Assembly: GCA_965197585.1 (NCBI GenBank)
Contig: OZ240215.1
Location: 896,001-960,000, forward strand
Direction of reading: 5' to 3'
Origin: Dehalococcoidia bacterium
GTDB taxonomy: Bacteria; Chloroflexota; Dehalococcoidia; Plut-88900
Length of the DNA: 64,000 bases
The notes beneath the pieces are model-generated. The model was not told the DNA's origin, made no database searches, and saw only the letters and a program-made list of their open reading frames with translations. Positions 28,391-38,507 of the stretch are shown in pieces; within the stretch, counting starts at the first letter, position 1, and the number at the start of each line of letters is the position of its first letter. The position numbers were made by a program, and so were the translations under genes.

Positions 28391-29452
28391 CTATTGGGAA
28401 GTGCGCTTGATGCGGGCCACACTGCGGATTCGGTCCTCGGCGAGACGGTCTGCGGCGGAGGCGGTGGTGATGCCCTCCGCCTTGGCCCGATCGAAGATAT
28501 CCAGAAGAGTGTCGTAGACCTTGGCGGTCCGGTCCATGGCCGCATCCCTGCTCTTACCCTCAACCTCACAGGCCACGGTTATTACACCGCCGGCGTTTAT
28601 GGCGTAGTCGGGTGCATAGAGGATGCCGGCTTCGGCGAGGGCCTCTGCGTGGCGAGGGTCCTTGAGTTGGTTGTTGGCGGCCCCTGCCACTATTGGCGCC
28701 TTGATCTGGGGAATGGTGTCGTCGTTTAGGACGGCGCCCAGGGCGCAGGGAGAGAAGATATCGCATTCGACGGCATGTATCTCTTCCGGCGCGACTATGG
28801 AAGCCCCGAGTGCAACCGCCTCAGCAATTCTGGACTCGTTGATGTCGGCGGCGATGACCCGGGCGCCATCTTCCCGCAGGTGTCGAGCGTAGTTGTAAGC
28901 GACCTTCCCGAAACCTTGGATGGCGACGGTCTTACCGTTCAGGGAGTCGGAGCCCGTGAGCTCCTTCATGCAGGCGCGAGCCCCTTGGTAGATTCCGAAC
29001 CCGGTAATCACCTCTGCCCCGCCCAGTCCGCCGTGGGACTCGGGGAGACCGGCAGCGTAGCGGGTCTCCTTGCGCATGTGGACAACATCCTGGTTCACGA
29101 CGCCGACGTCCTCAGTAGTGATGAAACGGCCCCCCAGGGTGTCGACGAAACGGCCGTGGGCGCGGAATAGGGACTCGGATTTGTCGGTGTTGGAGTCGGC
29201 GATGATGACGGCCTTGCCGCCCCCGTAGTCGAGACCGGCCAGCGATGACTTGTAAGTCATTGCCCTTGCGAGGCGCAACACGTCCAGGATTGCCTCTTCC
29301 TCGGTGGCGAAGGGCCACATGCGGGTGCCCCCGCAGGCAGGCCCGAGCGTCGTGTCGTGAATGCAAATGAGAGCCCTGAGACTGGCAGCCTCATCGGTGT
29401 AAAGGGCCAGCTCCTCGTACCCGTACTGCTCCATGTAATCGAAGATTTTCAT
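28391..29452 (-). CDS. Glu/Leu/Phe/Val dehydrogenase (leucine dehydrogenase-like)
   Basis: IHDTTLGPACGGTR, MTYKSS, GGGKAVI, TEDVG, IQGFGKV, PCALG, GAANNQL, PDYAINAGG. Confidence 0.93.
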   Translation of the reverse strand: MKIFDYMEQYGYEELALYTDEAASLRALICIHDTTLGPACGGTRMWPFATEEEAILDVLRLARAMTYKSSLAGLDYGGGKAVIIADSNTDKSESLFRAHGRFVDTLGGRFITTEDVGVVNQDVVHMRKETRYAAGLPESHGGLGGAEVITGFGIYQGARACMKELTGSDSLNGKTVAIQGFGKVAYNYARHLREDGARVIAADINESRIAEAVALGASIVAPEEIHAVECDIFSPCALGAVLNDDTIPQIKAPIVAGAANNQLKDPRHAEALAEAGILYAPDYAINAGGVITVACEVEGKSRDAAMDRTAKVYDTLLDIFDRAKAEGITTASAADRLAEDRIRSVARIKRTSQ

Positions 29453-29509
29453 GGCTGCGCTCCAAATCGATGGGGCTTAAGGGCCATCAAACCAGGGGAC
29501 GAGTGTAAG

Positions 29510-30763
29510 TCAGGCTGGGGGTTCCAGGGACTCGCGGATCAGATCCTCGCCAAGGGTCAGCATCTCACGGATTTGTGTCTCTGACCAGCCGCGGGTCTCG
29601 GCCGAGCTGTCCAGGTAGGCTTTCAGGGCGTCTCGGGGCGTCATGCCGTCGACTGCCTGGCCGTCGAGCCTGAAGGACCGGGTACGGTCCACCTCGCGGC
29701 TTATGGCGGCGACGAAGTGGGCAGGAGCGAGGGCTTTACGAATGTCGGCGTCAAGGATCATGGGCTCGAGCTCGGCTGGGACCTTGATGCGGAGACGGAC
29801 AACGGCATCAGCGATGGGAGACTGCTTGAGTCGGTTGATAATGGTGGCGGTGGGGTTAAGGTCGTCGGAGGGGATGTCGACGTCTATTGTAACGAAGGGT
29901 CGAGCGGTGACCGTTTGGAACCGGTAGCCAGTGACGCGCTGGCCTTGGGGTAGAGAAGGGTCCAGGTCAGCGACGTAAAAGCCTTTGGGGTCCTTTTCCT
30001 CACTGAAGTCCACTCGCTGCAAGCTGCCGCTATAGACTACCGGCGGCGACTCCGTGAGGACTTGCATCTTGTGGACATGTCCGAGGGCTACGTAGTCGAA
30101 CTGGGGAAGGGACACGTTGCTCAGGAGGATGACGTGGTCGTTTCCTATCATCATGCTGCGCTCGGAGCCGACCGTGGCCTGGGCTACGGTAATGTGGGCA
30201 GAGAGGATGGCGGGAATGGACGGGTCAAGGGACTCGGCTTCATTGAACAATAGCCTTGTAAGGAGGTCCTGGATCTGCTCGTTGAGTTGGTCGAAGGTGA
30301 GATTCTTCACGGAGTCACGGGAGAGCAGAATGGAGCGTCGGGGCCAGGGTAGGCCGACGATCTGCACGGGCCCCGACTTAGTCTCTATCGTCCAAGTGCC
30401 CCCCCTGTCGGCGACGGTGACGTTTTGGACGGCGAGGGTGTCGTAAATCTCGATAGACGTTGCTTGTGCCAGAGCGTAAGGAAGGTCGTGGTTGCCGACC
30501 AAAAGGAAAACCTGGACTCCGGCGCTGGCAAGCCGAACGACGCGCTTGGCAAACTCCCGTTGTTGAGTCTGCTTGGGCTCCCGGCTCTTGAAGGCGTCCC
30601 CTGCAAAGACCACCAGATCGACGTTGTTGGTCAGGGAATATTCGACCAGCTCGTCGAATGCGGACAGGAAGTCACCCATGCGGGTGGAGAGGCCGGTTGT
30701 CGGGTCCAACCGGCCATAATTCTCGACGCCTATATGGAGGTCTGAAAAATGGACTATGCGCAT
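29510..30763 (-). CDS. sbcD: SbcD/Mre11 family nuclease
   Basis: HFSDLHIG, AGDAF, GNHD, SAH, YVALGHVH, YSGS..RVDFSE. Confidence 0.9.
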   Translation of the reverse strand: MRIVHFSDLHIGVENYGRLDPTTGLSTRMGDFLSAFDELVEYSLTNNVDLVVFAGDAFKSREPKQTQQREFAKRVVRLASAGVQVFLLVGNHDLPYALAQATSIEIYDTLAVQNVTVADRGGTWTIETKSGPVQIVGLPWPRRSILLSRDSVKNLTFDQLNEQIQDLLTRLLFNEAESLDPSIPAILSAHITVAQATVGSERSMMIGNDHVILLSNVSLPQFDYVALGHVHKMQVLTESPPVVYSGSLQRVDFSEEKDPKGFYVADLDPSLPQGQRVTGYRFQTVTARPFVTIDVDIPSDDLNPTATIINRLKQSPIADAVVRLRIKVPAELEPMILDADIRKALAPAHFVAAISREVDRTRSFRLDGQAVDGMTPRDALKAYLDSSAETRGWSETQIREMLTLGEDLIRESLEPPA

Positions 30764-30787
30764 GGGCCTACGGGAGGGAGACTCGGC

Positions 30788-31000
30788 CTAGGAACGGGCT
30801 ATGGAGATGTTCTCCAAGGTAACCTGCTTCAGTACGTCCGGCCCCAGCCTTTTGGCGGCATCAAGCACCTCTACGCCGGCCAGATTTCCATCGACGTCAT
30901 AGTCCGCAGCCAGCCCATCGGCCACGTGCTTGGTAGTGACTGTAGTTTCCAAGAAGCGAATGTAGAGAGCATCCACCTGTCCATCGTAGGTAATCTTCAC
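30788..31000 (-). CDS. DUF2283 family protein (putative antitoxin)
   Basis: MKITYD..VDALYIRF...DYD.DGNLAGVEVLDA. Confidence 0.85.
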   Translation of the reverse strand: MKITYDGQVDALYIRFLETTVTTKHVADGLAADYDVDGNLAGVEVLDAAKRLGPDVLKQVTLENISIARS

Positions 31001-31009
31001 AATACTCTC

Positions 31010-31264
31010 CTAGAAGTAATAGGCGTATACAGTTACGATGACTATCGCCGATTCTTCGTCAACGAAAATGGGACGCACCTTCTTCGTCTGATAGTGCTCG
31101 CCGTTCCACTCTCCATTGTATGGGAAGTCCTTTTCGCATTCCAATCTCCCTAGTGCTGCCGTACTCCATTCAGTCTCGTTTATTGCGTCAATAACTTCTG
31201 CTTCTGTAGCCCCGCGGTATCGCATCTGATCACGTGCGTGAGCAGAGAAGAGAACCGACTTCAT
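31010..31264 (-). CDS. DUF4258 family protein (putative RelE-like toxin)
   Basis: [13 protein letters not shown]...EV...IVIVTVY; paired with DUF2283. Confidence 0.8.
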   Translation of the reverse strand: MKSVLFSAHARDQMRYRGATEAEVIDAINETEWSTAALGRLECEKDFPYNGEWNGEHYQTKKVRPIFVDEESAIVIVTVYAYYF

Positions 31265-32589
31265 AAAGTGGCGAGAGCTTGCCGCACAGATTCGACTAGT
31301 CTCTCGATGGGGACACGGGACTGGGACATGGAGTCTCGGTCTCTGATGGTGACGGCGTTATCGTCTAGGGAGTCGAAGTCTACGGTGACGCAGAGGGGAG
31401 TCCCGATCTCGTCCTGGCGCCGATACCTGCGCCCGATTGACTGGGCGTCGTCATACTGGGCACGGAAATCAGTTCGGACCGTATCGAATACCTGCTGTGA
31501 CAAGGGAAGGAGACGCCGGTTGCGGCTGAGGGGCAGCACGGCTACCTGGACGGGGCAGAGGTCCTTGTGGAGTTTCAGGAGGACTCGGGTCTCGCCGCGT
31601 ACCTCTTCCTCTCGGTAGGAGTCAACTAGGAAGGCGAGGGTGGCGCGGTCCACGCCCCCAGATGGCTCGATGACGTAGGGAGTGACGTGCTGCTTGGCCT
31701 CCTCGTCGAAGACCGTGAGTGATTTGCCACTGGTCTTGGAATGCTGAAGAAGGTCGAAGTCTGTTCGGTTAGCGATGCCCTCCAACTCGGACCAACCCAT
31801 CGGGAATAGGTACTCGACGTCTGCGGTGGCCTTTGCGTAGTGGGCGAGTTCATCGGGATCGTGCCAGCGAAGACGCAGGTTCTCGGGTCGGATACCGAGG
31901 TCAAGATACCACTGGAATCGCTGCTCGACCCAGTACTGGAGGGATGAGTCCGCCTCATCGGGCATGACGAAGTACTCCATCTCCATCTGCTCAAACTCTC
32001 GAGTGCGGAACGTGAAATTGCCGGGCGTGATCTCGTTGCGGAAAGACTTACCTATCTGAGCGATGCCAAAAGGTAGCCGCTTTCGGGTGGAATTCAGCAC
32101 GTTTTCGAAATTGACGAAGATACCCTGGGCGGTCTCAGGGCGGAGGTAGACGACAGCGACATCTTCTTCGACGGGACCCATGAAAGACTTGAACATCAGG
32201 TTGAACATACGAGGTTCGCTCACCTCGCCGTTGCAGTTGGGGCAGCGCCCGTCGGCAAGAGCGTCGTCTCGCCAGCGCAGGTTGCATTCTCGGCACTCGA
32301 CCAGTGGGTCGGCGAAGTTATCCAGGTGGCCGCTGGCTTCCCAGACCCTTGGGTGCATCAGGATTGCGGAATCCAGTCCCACAACGTCACCCCTCTGCTG
32401 GACCATGGAGCGCCACCATGCATCCTTGACGTTCCTTTTGAGCTCGACTCCCAGGGGTCCGTAGTCCCACACGCTTCCGAGACCGCCGTAGATTTCGGAG
32501 TTCTGGAAGATAATGCCGCGGCGTTTGCAGAGGGATACGATCTTTTCCATCGTTACGGAGTGAGTAGTCGGGTCCAAGGGGGCCTCCAA
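31261..32589 (-). CDS. glyQS: Glycyl-tRNA synthetase, homodimeric type
   Basis: [67 protein letters not shown]. Confidence 0.97.
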   Translation of the reverse strand: MEAPLDPTTHSVTMEKIVSLCKRRGIIFQNSEIYGGLGSVWDYGPLGVELKRNVKDAWWRSMVQQRGDVVGLDSAILMHPRVWEASGHLDNFADPLVECRECNLRWRDDALADGRCPNCNGEVSEPRMFNLMFKSFMGPVEEDVAVVYLRPETAQGIFVNFENVLNSTRKRLPFGIAQIGKSFRNEITPGNFTFRTREFEQMEMEYFVMPDEADSSLQYWVEQRFQWYLDLGIRPENLRLRWHDPDELAHYAKATADVEYLFPMGWSELEGIANRTDFDLLQHSKTSGKSLTVFDEEAKQHVTPYVIEPSGGVDRATLAFLVDSYREEEVRGETRVLLKLHKDLCPVQVAVLPLSRNRRLLPLSQQVFDTVRTDFRAQYDDAQSIGRRYRRQDEIGTPLCVTVDFDSLDDNAVTIRDRDSMSQSRVPIERLVESVRQALATL

Positions 32590-32693
32590 AGGTTAAAGTT
32601 AGCATACGTATTTTAACAACTGGGGTGGGAATAGGGGGGGATCAGGAGCAGGGGTTGACAGAGCATTGTGAAACGGTTAACTATCCCAATAAC

Positions 32694-33329
32694 ATGCTTA
32701 TAGATTTACACAACCACACGTCCAAGTATTCCGATGACAGCCTTTTGCATCCCGAGCACCTGATTGAAGAAGCGAAAAAGGCCGGGTTGGACGGTATAGC
32801 CGTTACGGAGCACGATTTCTTCTGGGACCCCGACGAGTTGGTCGGCCTGGGCAAGAAGATGGACTTTCTGGTGATCCCGGGAGTCGAGATCAACACCGAC
32901 GAAGGGCACTTGCTGGTTTTCGGGCTGGACCACTACGTGTTTGGGATGCACAAGACATGGTTTCTTAAGGACTTGGTAGACAAGAGCGGTGGGGCAATGT
33001 TGGCGGCGCATCCATACCGCAGAAGGTTCAGGCCCGAGTTCAAGAACGCCGAGGAATACGAGCGCATGCTCCAGAAGGCCAGCACCAACAGCATGCTCGC
33101 AATTGTTGAGGGCGCCGAGGTGAATAATGGGCGCGGGTCTGAGCAGGAGAACGCATTCGCGACGGAGCTTTGCCGCAGGCTTAACCTAAAAGGAGTCGCG
33201 ACCAGCGATTCGCACCAGACCCACGACATTGCCAAGAACGGTACGCGGTTTGAGCGTCGGATCTCGGGTTTGGAAGACCTGATTACCGAGTTGAAGGCCG
33301 GGAGGTTTCAACCCGAGCCGCTAAGGTGA
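32694..33329 (+). CDS. PHP domain phosphoesterase
   Basis: IDLHNHT, AVTEHD, GVEI...GHLL, AHPYR, SDSH; TTGACA upstream at 32655. Confidence 0.88.
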   Translation: MLIDLHNHTSKYSDDSLLHPEHLIEEAKKAGLDGIAVTEHDFFWDPDELVGLGKKMDFLVIPGVEINTDEGHLLVFGLDHYVFGMHKTWFLKDLVDKSGGAMLAAHPYRRRFRPEFKNAEEYERMLQKASTNSMLAIVEGAEVNNGRGSEQENAFATELCRRLNLKGVATSDSHQTHDIAKNGTRFERRISGLEDLITELKAGRFQPEPLR

Positions 33330-33377
33330 GGGTAGTTCGCTGCTCTTCATGCCCTGGCATGTCGCGCAGGGGATGGC

Positions 33378-34403
33378 CTATTTCTTGGGATGGAGGGTGG
33401 TGGACAGGTCGCCGATGAGCATCTCCAGAGCGATTCCCTCAGGCATGTCTGTGGACTTCAACTGTAGGTCCGTGTTCAGGACGTTCTCGTAGGCTTGGGT
33501 CACGGCGGGTAGGGTGGTGGTCGAGGCTTGGTCCATGACCTTGTCCAACGCAAAGCGAGATGACATCCCAAGATGCTTCGGAAACTCGGAGGGTGGGACG
33601 CGGCGGGCGCGTAGGTCGATGGCCAGGGCAATAAGGCGAAGCTGCCGTCCGATCATCGTGAGGATATGAAAGCCAGAGATTCCGTCGTCCATGAGAGCTG
33701 AGAGCTGACGGAATGCCCTGGTACGATTCCCCTGTATGACTGCATCCACCAAGGCGAAAATGTTGGAGTCCTGGGTGCTGTTGACCAGCTTTCTGACATC
33801 CTGTTCATCAATGGCTCGGCCTGCTGCATAGAGGCTGAGTTTTTCTATATCCCCAGCCAACCTCCAGAGGGAACCGTCGAAAGAGGCCATTAGGAGTGAG
33901 ACGGCCTTTTCGGATATCCGGCCTCCGGTGTTTAGGACTCGTTCATGAATCCAACGCTGCAGGTTGGCTCCGCGCAGGGGCTCGAAAGCTTTCACCTGTG
34001 CCTCGGGAGCGAGAGCCTTAAGCAGGGGGTTATCTCTATGGAGGGGCCCGTCTTCTAGAACCAGGACGGTTGTGGAGGGCATGACTTTTACTGCGTCGGG
34101 GAGTTGGTCCCATTGAGCGGCTTCCTTGGACCCTTTACGTCGTCTTGGAGCAGCGCTGCTGCCGGCTCGCCGACGGTCCGGCGGGTTCGATTTGCTCAGC
34201 AGGCCCTGCACTATGACCAGCCGATACTCGGCGAGAAAGGGCATCGCGTTGATGATGGACATAAGCTGATCGTAGCTAAGGTCCGAGCCATCCAGCTTGG
34301 ACGTGTTGGTGGCCAGGGCTTCCGGCGCGTCTAGGCTTTCGGCTAAGCGGGTAAGGGCTTCCCGTCGGGTGAAATCGTCTTCTCCGTAAAATATGTAGAG
34401 CAC
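33378..34403 (-). CDS. holA: DNA polymerase III delta subunit
   Basis: YIFYGEDDF, MPFLAEYRLVIV, IEKLSLY, IFALVDA, DLQLKS. Confidence 0.9.
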   Translation of the reverse strand: MLYIFYGEDDFTRREALTRLAESLDAPEALATNTSKLDGSDLSYDQLMSIINAMPFLAEYRLVIVQGLLSKSNPPDRRRAGSSAAPRRRKGSKEAAQWDQLPDAVKVMPSTTVLVLEDGPLHRDNPLLKALAPEAQVKAFEPLRGANLQRWIHERVLNTGGRISEKAVSLLMASFDGSLWRLAGDIEKLSLYAAGRAIDEQDVRKLVNSTQDSNIFALVDAVIQGNRTRAFRQLSALMDDGISGFHILTMIGRQLRLIALAIDLRARRVPPSEFPKHLGMSSRFALDKVMDQASTTTLPAVTQAYENVLNTDLQLKSTDMPEGIALEMLIGDLSTTLHPKK

Positions 34404-34404
34404 T

Positions 34405-35649
34405 TTATTCTCGGGAGGGGCGCCTCGGGGGCCGGGATACGAGGATAAATACTGCGGACGCGAGAAACGCAGTGAGAAGGACTAAAAAGGCGGGCCTATA
34501 GGTGCCGGTAGCTTCAAAGATGGCAGCCACCAGCAAAGGCGAACCTGCTATGGATACCATGTTCGTCATGGTCACGAATCCCCTAATCGAACCTATGAAT
34601 CGACGGCCAAAGAACCGCGCCCACAGCAGTGAGGTCATGGGGTCCATGCCCCCGATTCCGATACCAAATGATAATCCCCAAAGCACCATCATGACCACGT
34701 TGTCGGCGTAGAGGAAGAATAGCATTCCAGAGGCGGACAGAAGGAAGCTGATGGCGGCGGAGTAGCGAGGGTTGAGGCGGTCGGCGACGAGCAGCCAGCC
34801 AAATCTGCCGAACAGGCTCGATGTCGTGACCAGCGTGGCTCCCCCGACGGCCCACCCATCGCTGTAAAACTCCTTCAAGTAGGCGACCTGGTTGACCAGA
34901 ACACCAATGATGCCCGAGCCGCTGAGGTTGGTGGCAAGAAGGACCATCCAGAAGGCCCGGGTACGGAGCGCGAGGCCAAGGGTCCAGCTTGATTCGACCG
35001 GTTCAGTGGAGTTGGGTAGACGGATTGGTTCTGGATCTCCGTCGGGGAGGAGGCCGCGGTCCTCGGGGCGGCGGTGCAAGAACAGAGCGTTGAGCGGGAT
35101 AATTATAGCCACGATGGCGATTCCAAGGATCAGCCACGTCGTGCGCCAGCCTACTGCGGACATGAGGACCTGGGTCAGAGGGAGCATTAGCAGGCCGCTC
35201 GCGGGTCGGCCCATGGTAGAGAAGATCAGGGCTCGGCCCCGTTTGCGTATGAACCATTTGGATACGACGGTCGGGACGACCAGGAAAATGGTGGTGTGGA
35301 GGAAGAACGCCGAGACGACGCCGAAGAACAGATAGTATTGCCACAGATGCTCAACCCGGCTGGTTAGGATGAGGCCCAGGGCGCCCATCAGCGCGAAAAC
35401 GAGCATGAGGAGCCGGGGCCCGTGCCGCTTGTCCAGGAAGATGCCGAAGAGAGGCCCGGTGCTGGTGGCTACGACGATGCCGATGGTGATGCCCCAAACA
35501 AGCTGAGTTGAGGACCACCCCAGGTCAGCATCATCGGACATGGGCTTGACGAGGACGCTGAAGGCGTATACGCCGAAGCCGGCGGCGGTGAACTGGTCGA
35601 TGAAGCCGGTCAGGACAACCCACCAACCGTAGAAGGGCCGCCGTTTCAT
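34405..35649 (-). CDS. MFS transporter (paralogue 3)
   Basis: FYGWWVV, LDKRHGPR, SKWFIRKRGRA, RRPEDRGLLPDG, FFGRRFIGSIRG; ~12 hydrophobic segments. Confidence 0.9.
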   Translation of the reverse strand: MKRRPFYGWWVVLTGFIDQFTAAGFGVYAFSVLVKPMSDDADLGWSSTQLVWGITIGIVVATSTGPLFGIFLDKRHGPRLLMLVFALMGALGLILTSRVEHLWQYYLFFGVVSAFFLHTTIFLVVPTVVSKWFIRKRGRALIFSTMGRPASGLLMLPLTQVLMSAVGWRTTWLILGIAIVAIIIPLNALFLHRRPEDRGLLPDGDPEPIRLPNSTEPVESSWTLGLALRTRAFWMVLLATNLSGSGIIGVLVNQVAYLKEFYSDGWAVGGATLVTTSSLFGRFGWLLVADRLNPRYSAAISFLLSASGMLFFLYADNVVMMVLWGLSFGIGIGGMDPMTSLLWARFFGRRFIGSIRGFVTMTNMVSIAGSPLLVAAIFEATGTYRPAFLVLLTAFLASAVFILVSRPPRRPSRE

Positions 35650-35652
35650 TGG

Positions 35653-36999
35653 TTAGCTCGCTACTTCCCTGACGACTGTGTCCGGGAAGAGCCGTTGGCT
35701 CTCGGGTTTCGGGAGGGGGGAGGGGGGCACGGGCTTTCGGGCGAAGAGCATGAGGCAGCCTGAGAAAAGGAACAGGCCGATGAAAACGGAGAAGGAGGCT
35801 TGGTAACTCTCCAAATTGTCGTACAGGAAGGCCGCAAAGAGGGGGCCCGAAGCCTGGGCCAGGAAAGCGATGGGAGATGTCACGCCTCTTATGGAGCCGA
35901 GGAAAGTACGACCATAATATGAGCCCCAGGCCAAGGCTGGGAGAGGGGCAATACCGGAGATGCCGGTCCCGAAAACGATACCCCAGAGCAAAAGCATCCA
36001 GAATGCATCGGCGTTGATGAGAAGGGCGATACCGAGAGCAGGAACCGTATACGTGAAAACGGTGGAGATTCGAATGTCTATCCGGTCGGAGAGGTAGGCC
36101 CACGGGAGCTTGCCTATGAGGGAAAAGCCGGAGAAGGCGACGAAAGCTATGGAGGCCTGGTTAGTGGTGAATCCGACATCTGTGTCGGTGGCGAAGGCAA
36201 AGAAGTTGATCAGTATGCCCATGAAACACATCATCCCCAGGCTGCTGGAGACGAGGATGAGCCAGAATGAACGAGTGGCGACGGCCTGACGGATGGTCCA
36301 GGAGTGTTCGTCAGGCAGCACCGGGGCGAACTCGCCGGACAGTAAGCGCGAAGCCGGTTCGTCATTGTCGGTGCGGAGACCTATGTCTTCGGGGCGTCGG
36401 CGCATAAATAGGGCGCACAAGGGGACCGTGACAACCAGGGCCGTAATGCCGAGGACCATCCAGGCATCGCGCCAGCCCAGGTACGCTATGAGTAAACTGG
36501 CATAAGGGCTAAGCAGAAACCCGCTGGAGGGCAGACCCATACTGGCCAAGGAGATGGCCATGCCCCGCCGACGCACGAACCACTTGGAGACGATGGTCGG
36601 CGTCAGGAGGCCGGGGTAGGCGTAGAGTCCGACAGCGCCGCCGATGAAGAAAAGCCCGTAAAGGTGCCAGGTCTCCTGGACGAATCCGAACAGGATGGCG
36701 CAGACGCCGATTGTGATCATTCCGCCGGTGGTTAGAAGCCGGGCCCCGTGCCTCTTGTCCAGCACTGTGCCGAGAAAGTGCCCGAATACGGCCGCCGCAA
36801 CAGTCCCGGTGGTCGTGGCGAGTATCGTGGATGACCGGGACCAGCCGAGGTCGTCACCCATGGGCTTTACGAAGACGGAGAAAGTCGAGGAGCTCAGCCC
36901 CGCGGTCATGAGGTTGAGTAGGTAACCGAGGGCTACGATTCGCCAACCGTAGAAGAATGTGAGCCGACCGGCCGGAGAGAGCTTGGAGGGGAGGGGCAT
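35653..36999 (-). CDS. MFS transporter (paralogue 2)
   Basis: Same motif set; highly similar to 37061-38407. Confidence 0.9.
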   Translation of the reverse strand: MPLPSKLSPAGRLTFFYGWRIVALGYLLNLMTAGLSSSTFSVFVKPMGDDLGWSRSSTILATTTGTVAAAVFGHFLGTVLDKRHGARLLTTGGMITIGVCAILFGFVQETWHLYGLFFIGGAVGLYAYPGLLTPTIVSKWFVRRRGMAISLASMGLPSSGFLLSPYASLLIAYLGWRDAWMVLGITALVVTVPLCALFMRRRPEDIGLRTDNDEPASRLLSGEFAPVLPDEHSWTIRQAVATRSFWLILVSSSLGMMCFMGILINFFAFATDTDVGFTTNQASIAFVAFSGFSLIGKLPWAYLSDRIDIRISTVFTYTVPALGIALLINADAFWMLLLWGIVFGTGISGIAPLPALAWGSYYGRTFLGSIRGVTSPIAFLAQASGPLFAAFLYDNLESYQASFSVFIGLFLFSGCLMLFARKPVPPSPLPKPESQRLFPDTVVREVAS

Positions 37000-37060
37000 A
37001 TGCGTCAGTTTACAGCGAATCAGGGGTGGGGTCGAATCGGCAGAGTGCGATCTTCCAAGG

Positions 37061-38407
37061 CTAACCGGCGATGTTCCGGGCTGCGTCTTCGGGGAAGAGG
37101 CGTTGGCTTTCGGGTGTTGGGGCGGGGGCGGGTGGCACGGGCTTCCGGGCGAAGAGCATTAGAACGGCGGAGAGCAGGAATAGCCCGATGAAGACCGTGA
37201 AGGGGACTTGGTAGCTGTCCAACTTGTCATAAAGCAGAGCGGCAAATAGCGGGCCCGTGGCCTGACCGAAGAAGGTCATGGGGGATGTGATGCCCCTTAT
37301 GGAGCCCAGGAAGGTCCTTCCGAAGTATGCCCCCCATGCGAAGGAAGGCAGTAGAGATATCCCCGATGCACCCGTTCCGTATATGAGACCCCACAAAACG
37401 AGCATCCAGAATGAGTCGGCGTTTATCAGGATGGCCATTGCAATGGCGGGCACTGCATAGGTGAAGGCAGTAGTCGCCCGGATATCGAGTCGGTCGGCGA
37501 GGTAGGCCCAAGGGACCTTGGCAGCAAGGGAAATGAACGAGAAAGTTGCGAATGCCCACCCTGCCTGACCAGAGGTAAATCCGATAGAGGCGTCGGATGC
37601 AAAAGCAAAGAAGTTGATCAGGACACCGATGAAGCAAAACATCCCGAGGCTGCTGGAGATGAGCATGAGCCAGAATGCCCGGGTGCGAATGGCCTGTGGG
37701 ATGGTCCAGGAATGCTCGTCGGGAATTACGGGCATCATTTCACCGGCGCCTCTTTGGGCTGCAGGGTCATCACCGTCGGGCCGGAGGCCGATGTCCTCGG
37801 GACGGCGGCGCATGAACAGGGCACAGGCGGGGACCGTAACGGCCAGGGCCGTCAACCCAAGAACAATCCAGGCGTCGCGCCACCCCAACTGGTCAATGAG
37901 CAAGTTGGCATATGGGCTCAGGATGAATCCACTGGAAGGCAGGCCCATACTTGCAAAGGAAATGGCCATGCCCCGCCGACGAACGAACCACTTGGAGACT
38001 ATGGTGGGTGTAATGAGGCCCGGGTATGCGGCGAGACCGACGGCTCCTCCGATAAAGAAGAGGCTATAGAGATGCCAACTCTCACGCACCTGGCCAAAGA
38101 ATATGGTGCTGATTCCGATTGTTAGCATGCCGCCTGTAGTGAGAAGCCGAGCCCCGTGTTTCTTGTCCAGGGCCAACCCGAGGAAATGGCCGGATATTGC
38201 AGCTGCCAGTGTCGCTATCGTAACGCCGAGGACGATGGAAGCCCGTGACCAGCCGAGGTCGTCGCCCATGGGCTTGACGAAAACGGAGAAGGCGGAGGAA
38301 CTAAGGCCCGCGGTCATCAGGTTGAGCAACAAGCCGAGGGCTACGATGCGCCAGCCGTAGTAGAAAGTGAGCCGACCGGCGAGGGGAAGCTTGGAGAGGC
38401 CCGACAT
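37061..38407 (-). CDS. MFS transporter (paralogue 1)
   Basis: YYGWRIV, SKWFVRRRGMA, RRRPEDIGLRPDG, YFGRTFLGSIRG. Confidence 0.9.
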   Translation of the reverse strand: MSGLSKLPLAGRLTFYYGWRIVALGLLLNLMTAGLSSSAFSVFVKPMGDDLGWSRASIVLGVTIATLAAAISGHFLGLALDKKHGARLLTTGGMLTIGISTIFFGQVRESWHLYSLFFIGGAVGLAAYPGLITPTIVSKWFVRRRGMAISFASMGLPSSGFILSPYANLLIDQLGWRDAWIVLGLTALAVTVPACALFMRRRPEDIGLRPDGDDPAAQRGAGEMMPVIPDEHSWTIPQAIRTRAFWLMLISSSLGMFCFIGVLINFFAFASDASIGFTSGQAGWAFATFSFISLAAKVPWAYLADRLDIRATTAFTYAVPAIAMAILINADSFWMLVLWGLIYGTGASGISLLPSFAWGAYFGRTFLGSIRGITSPMTFFGQATGPLFAALLYDKLDSYQVPFTVFIGLFLLSAVLMLFARKPVPPAPAPTPESQRLFPEDAARNIAG

Positions 38408-38507
38408 ATCTGGGAGTGTACTCTGAATTGGGGGTATGGTCGAATAGACGGGCAGGGTGGGTGATATGATGGGCGCCTATGCAATACCGCCTTCGAAAGA
38501 GTGAAGC

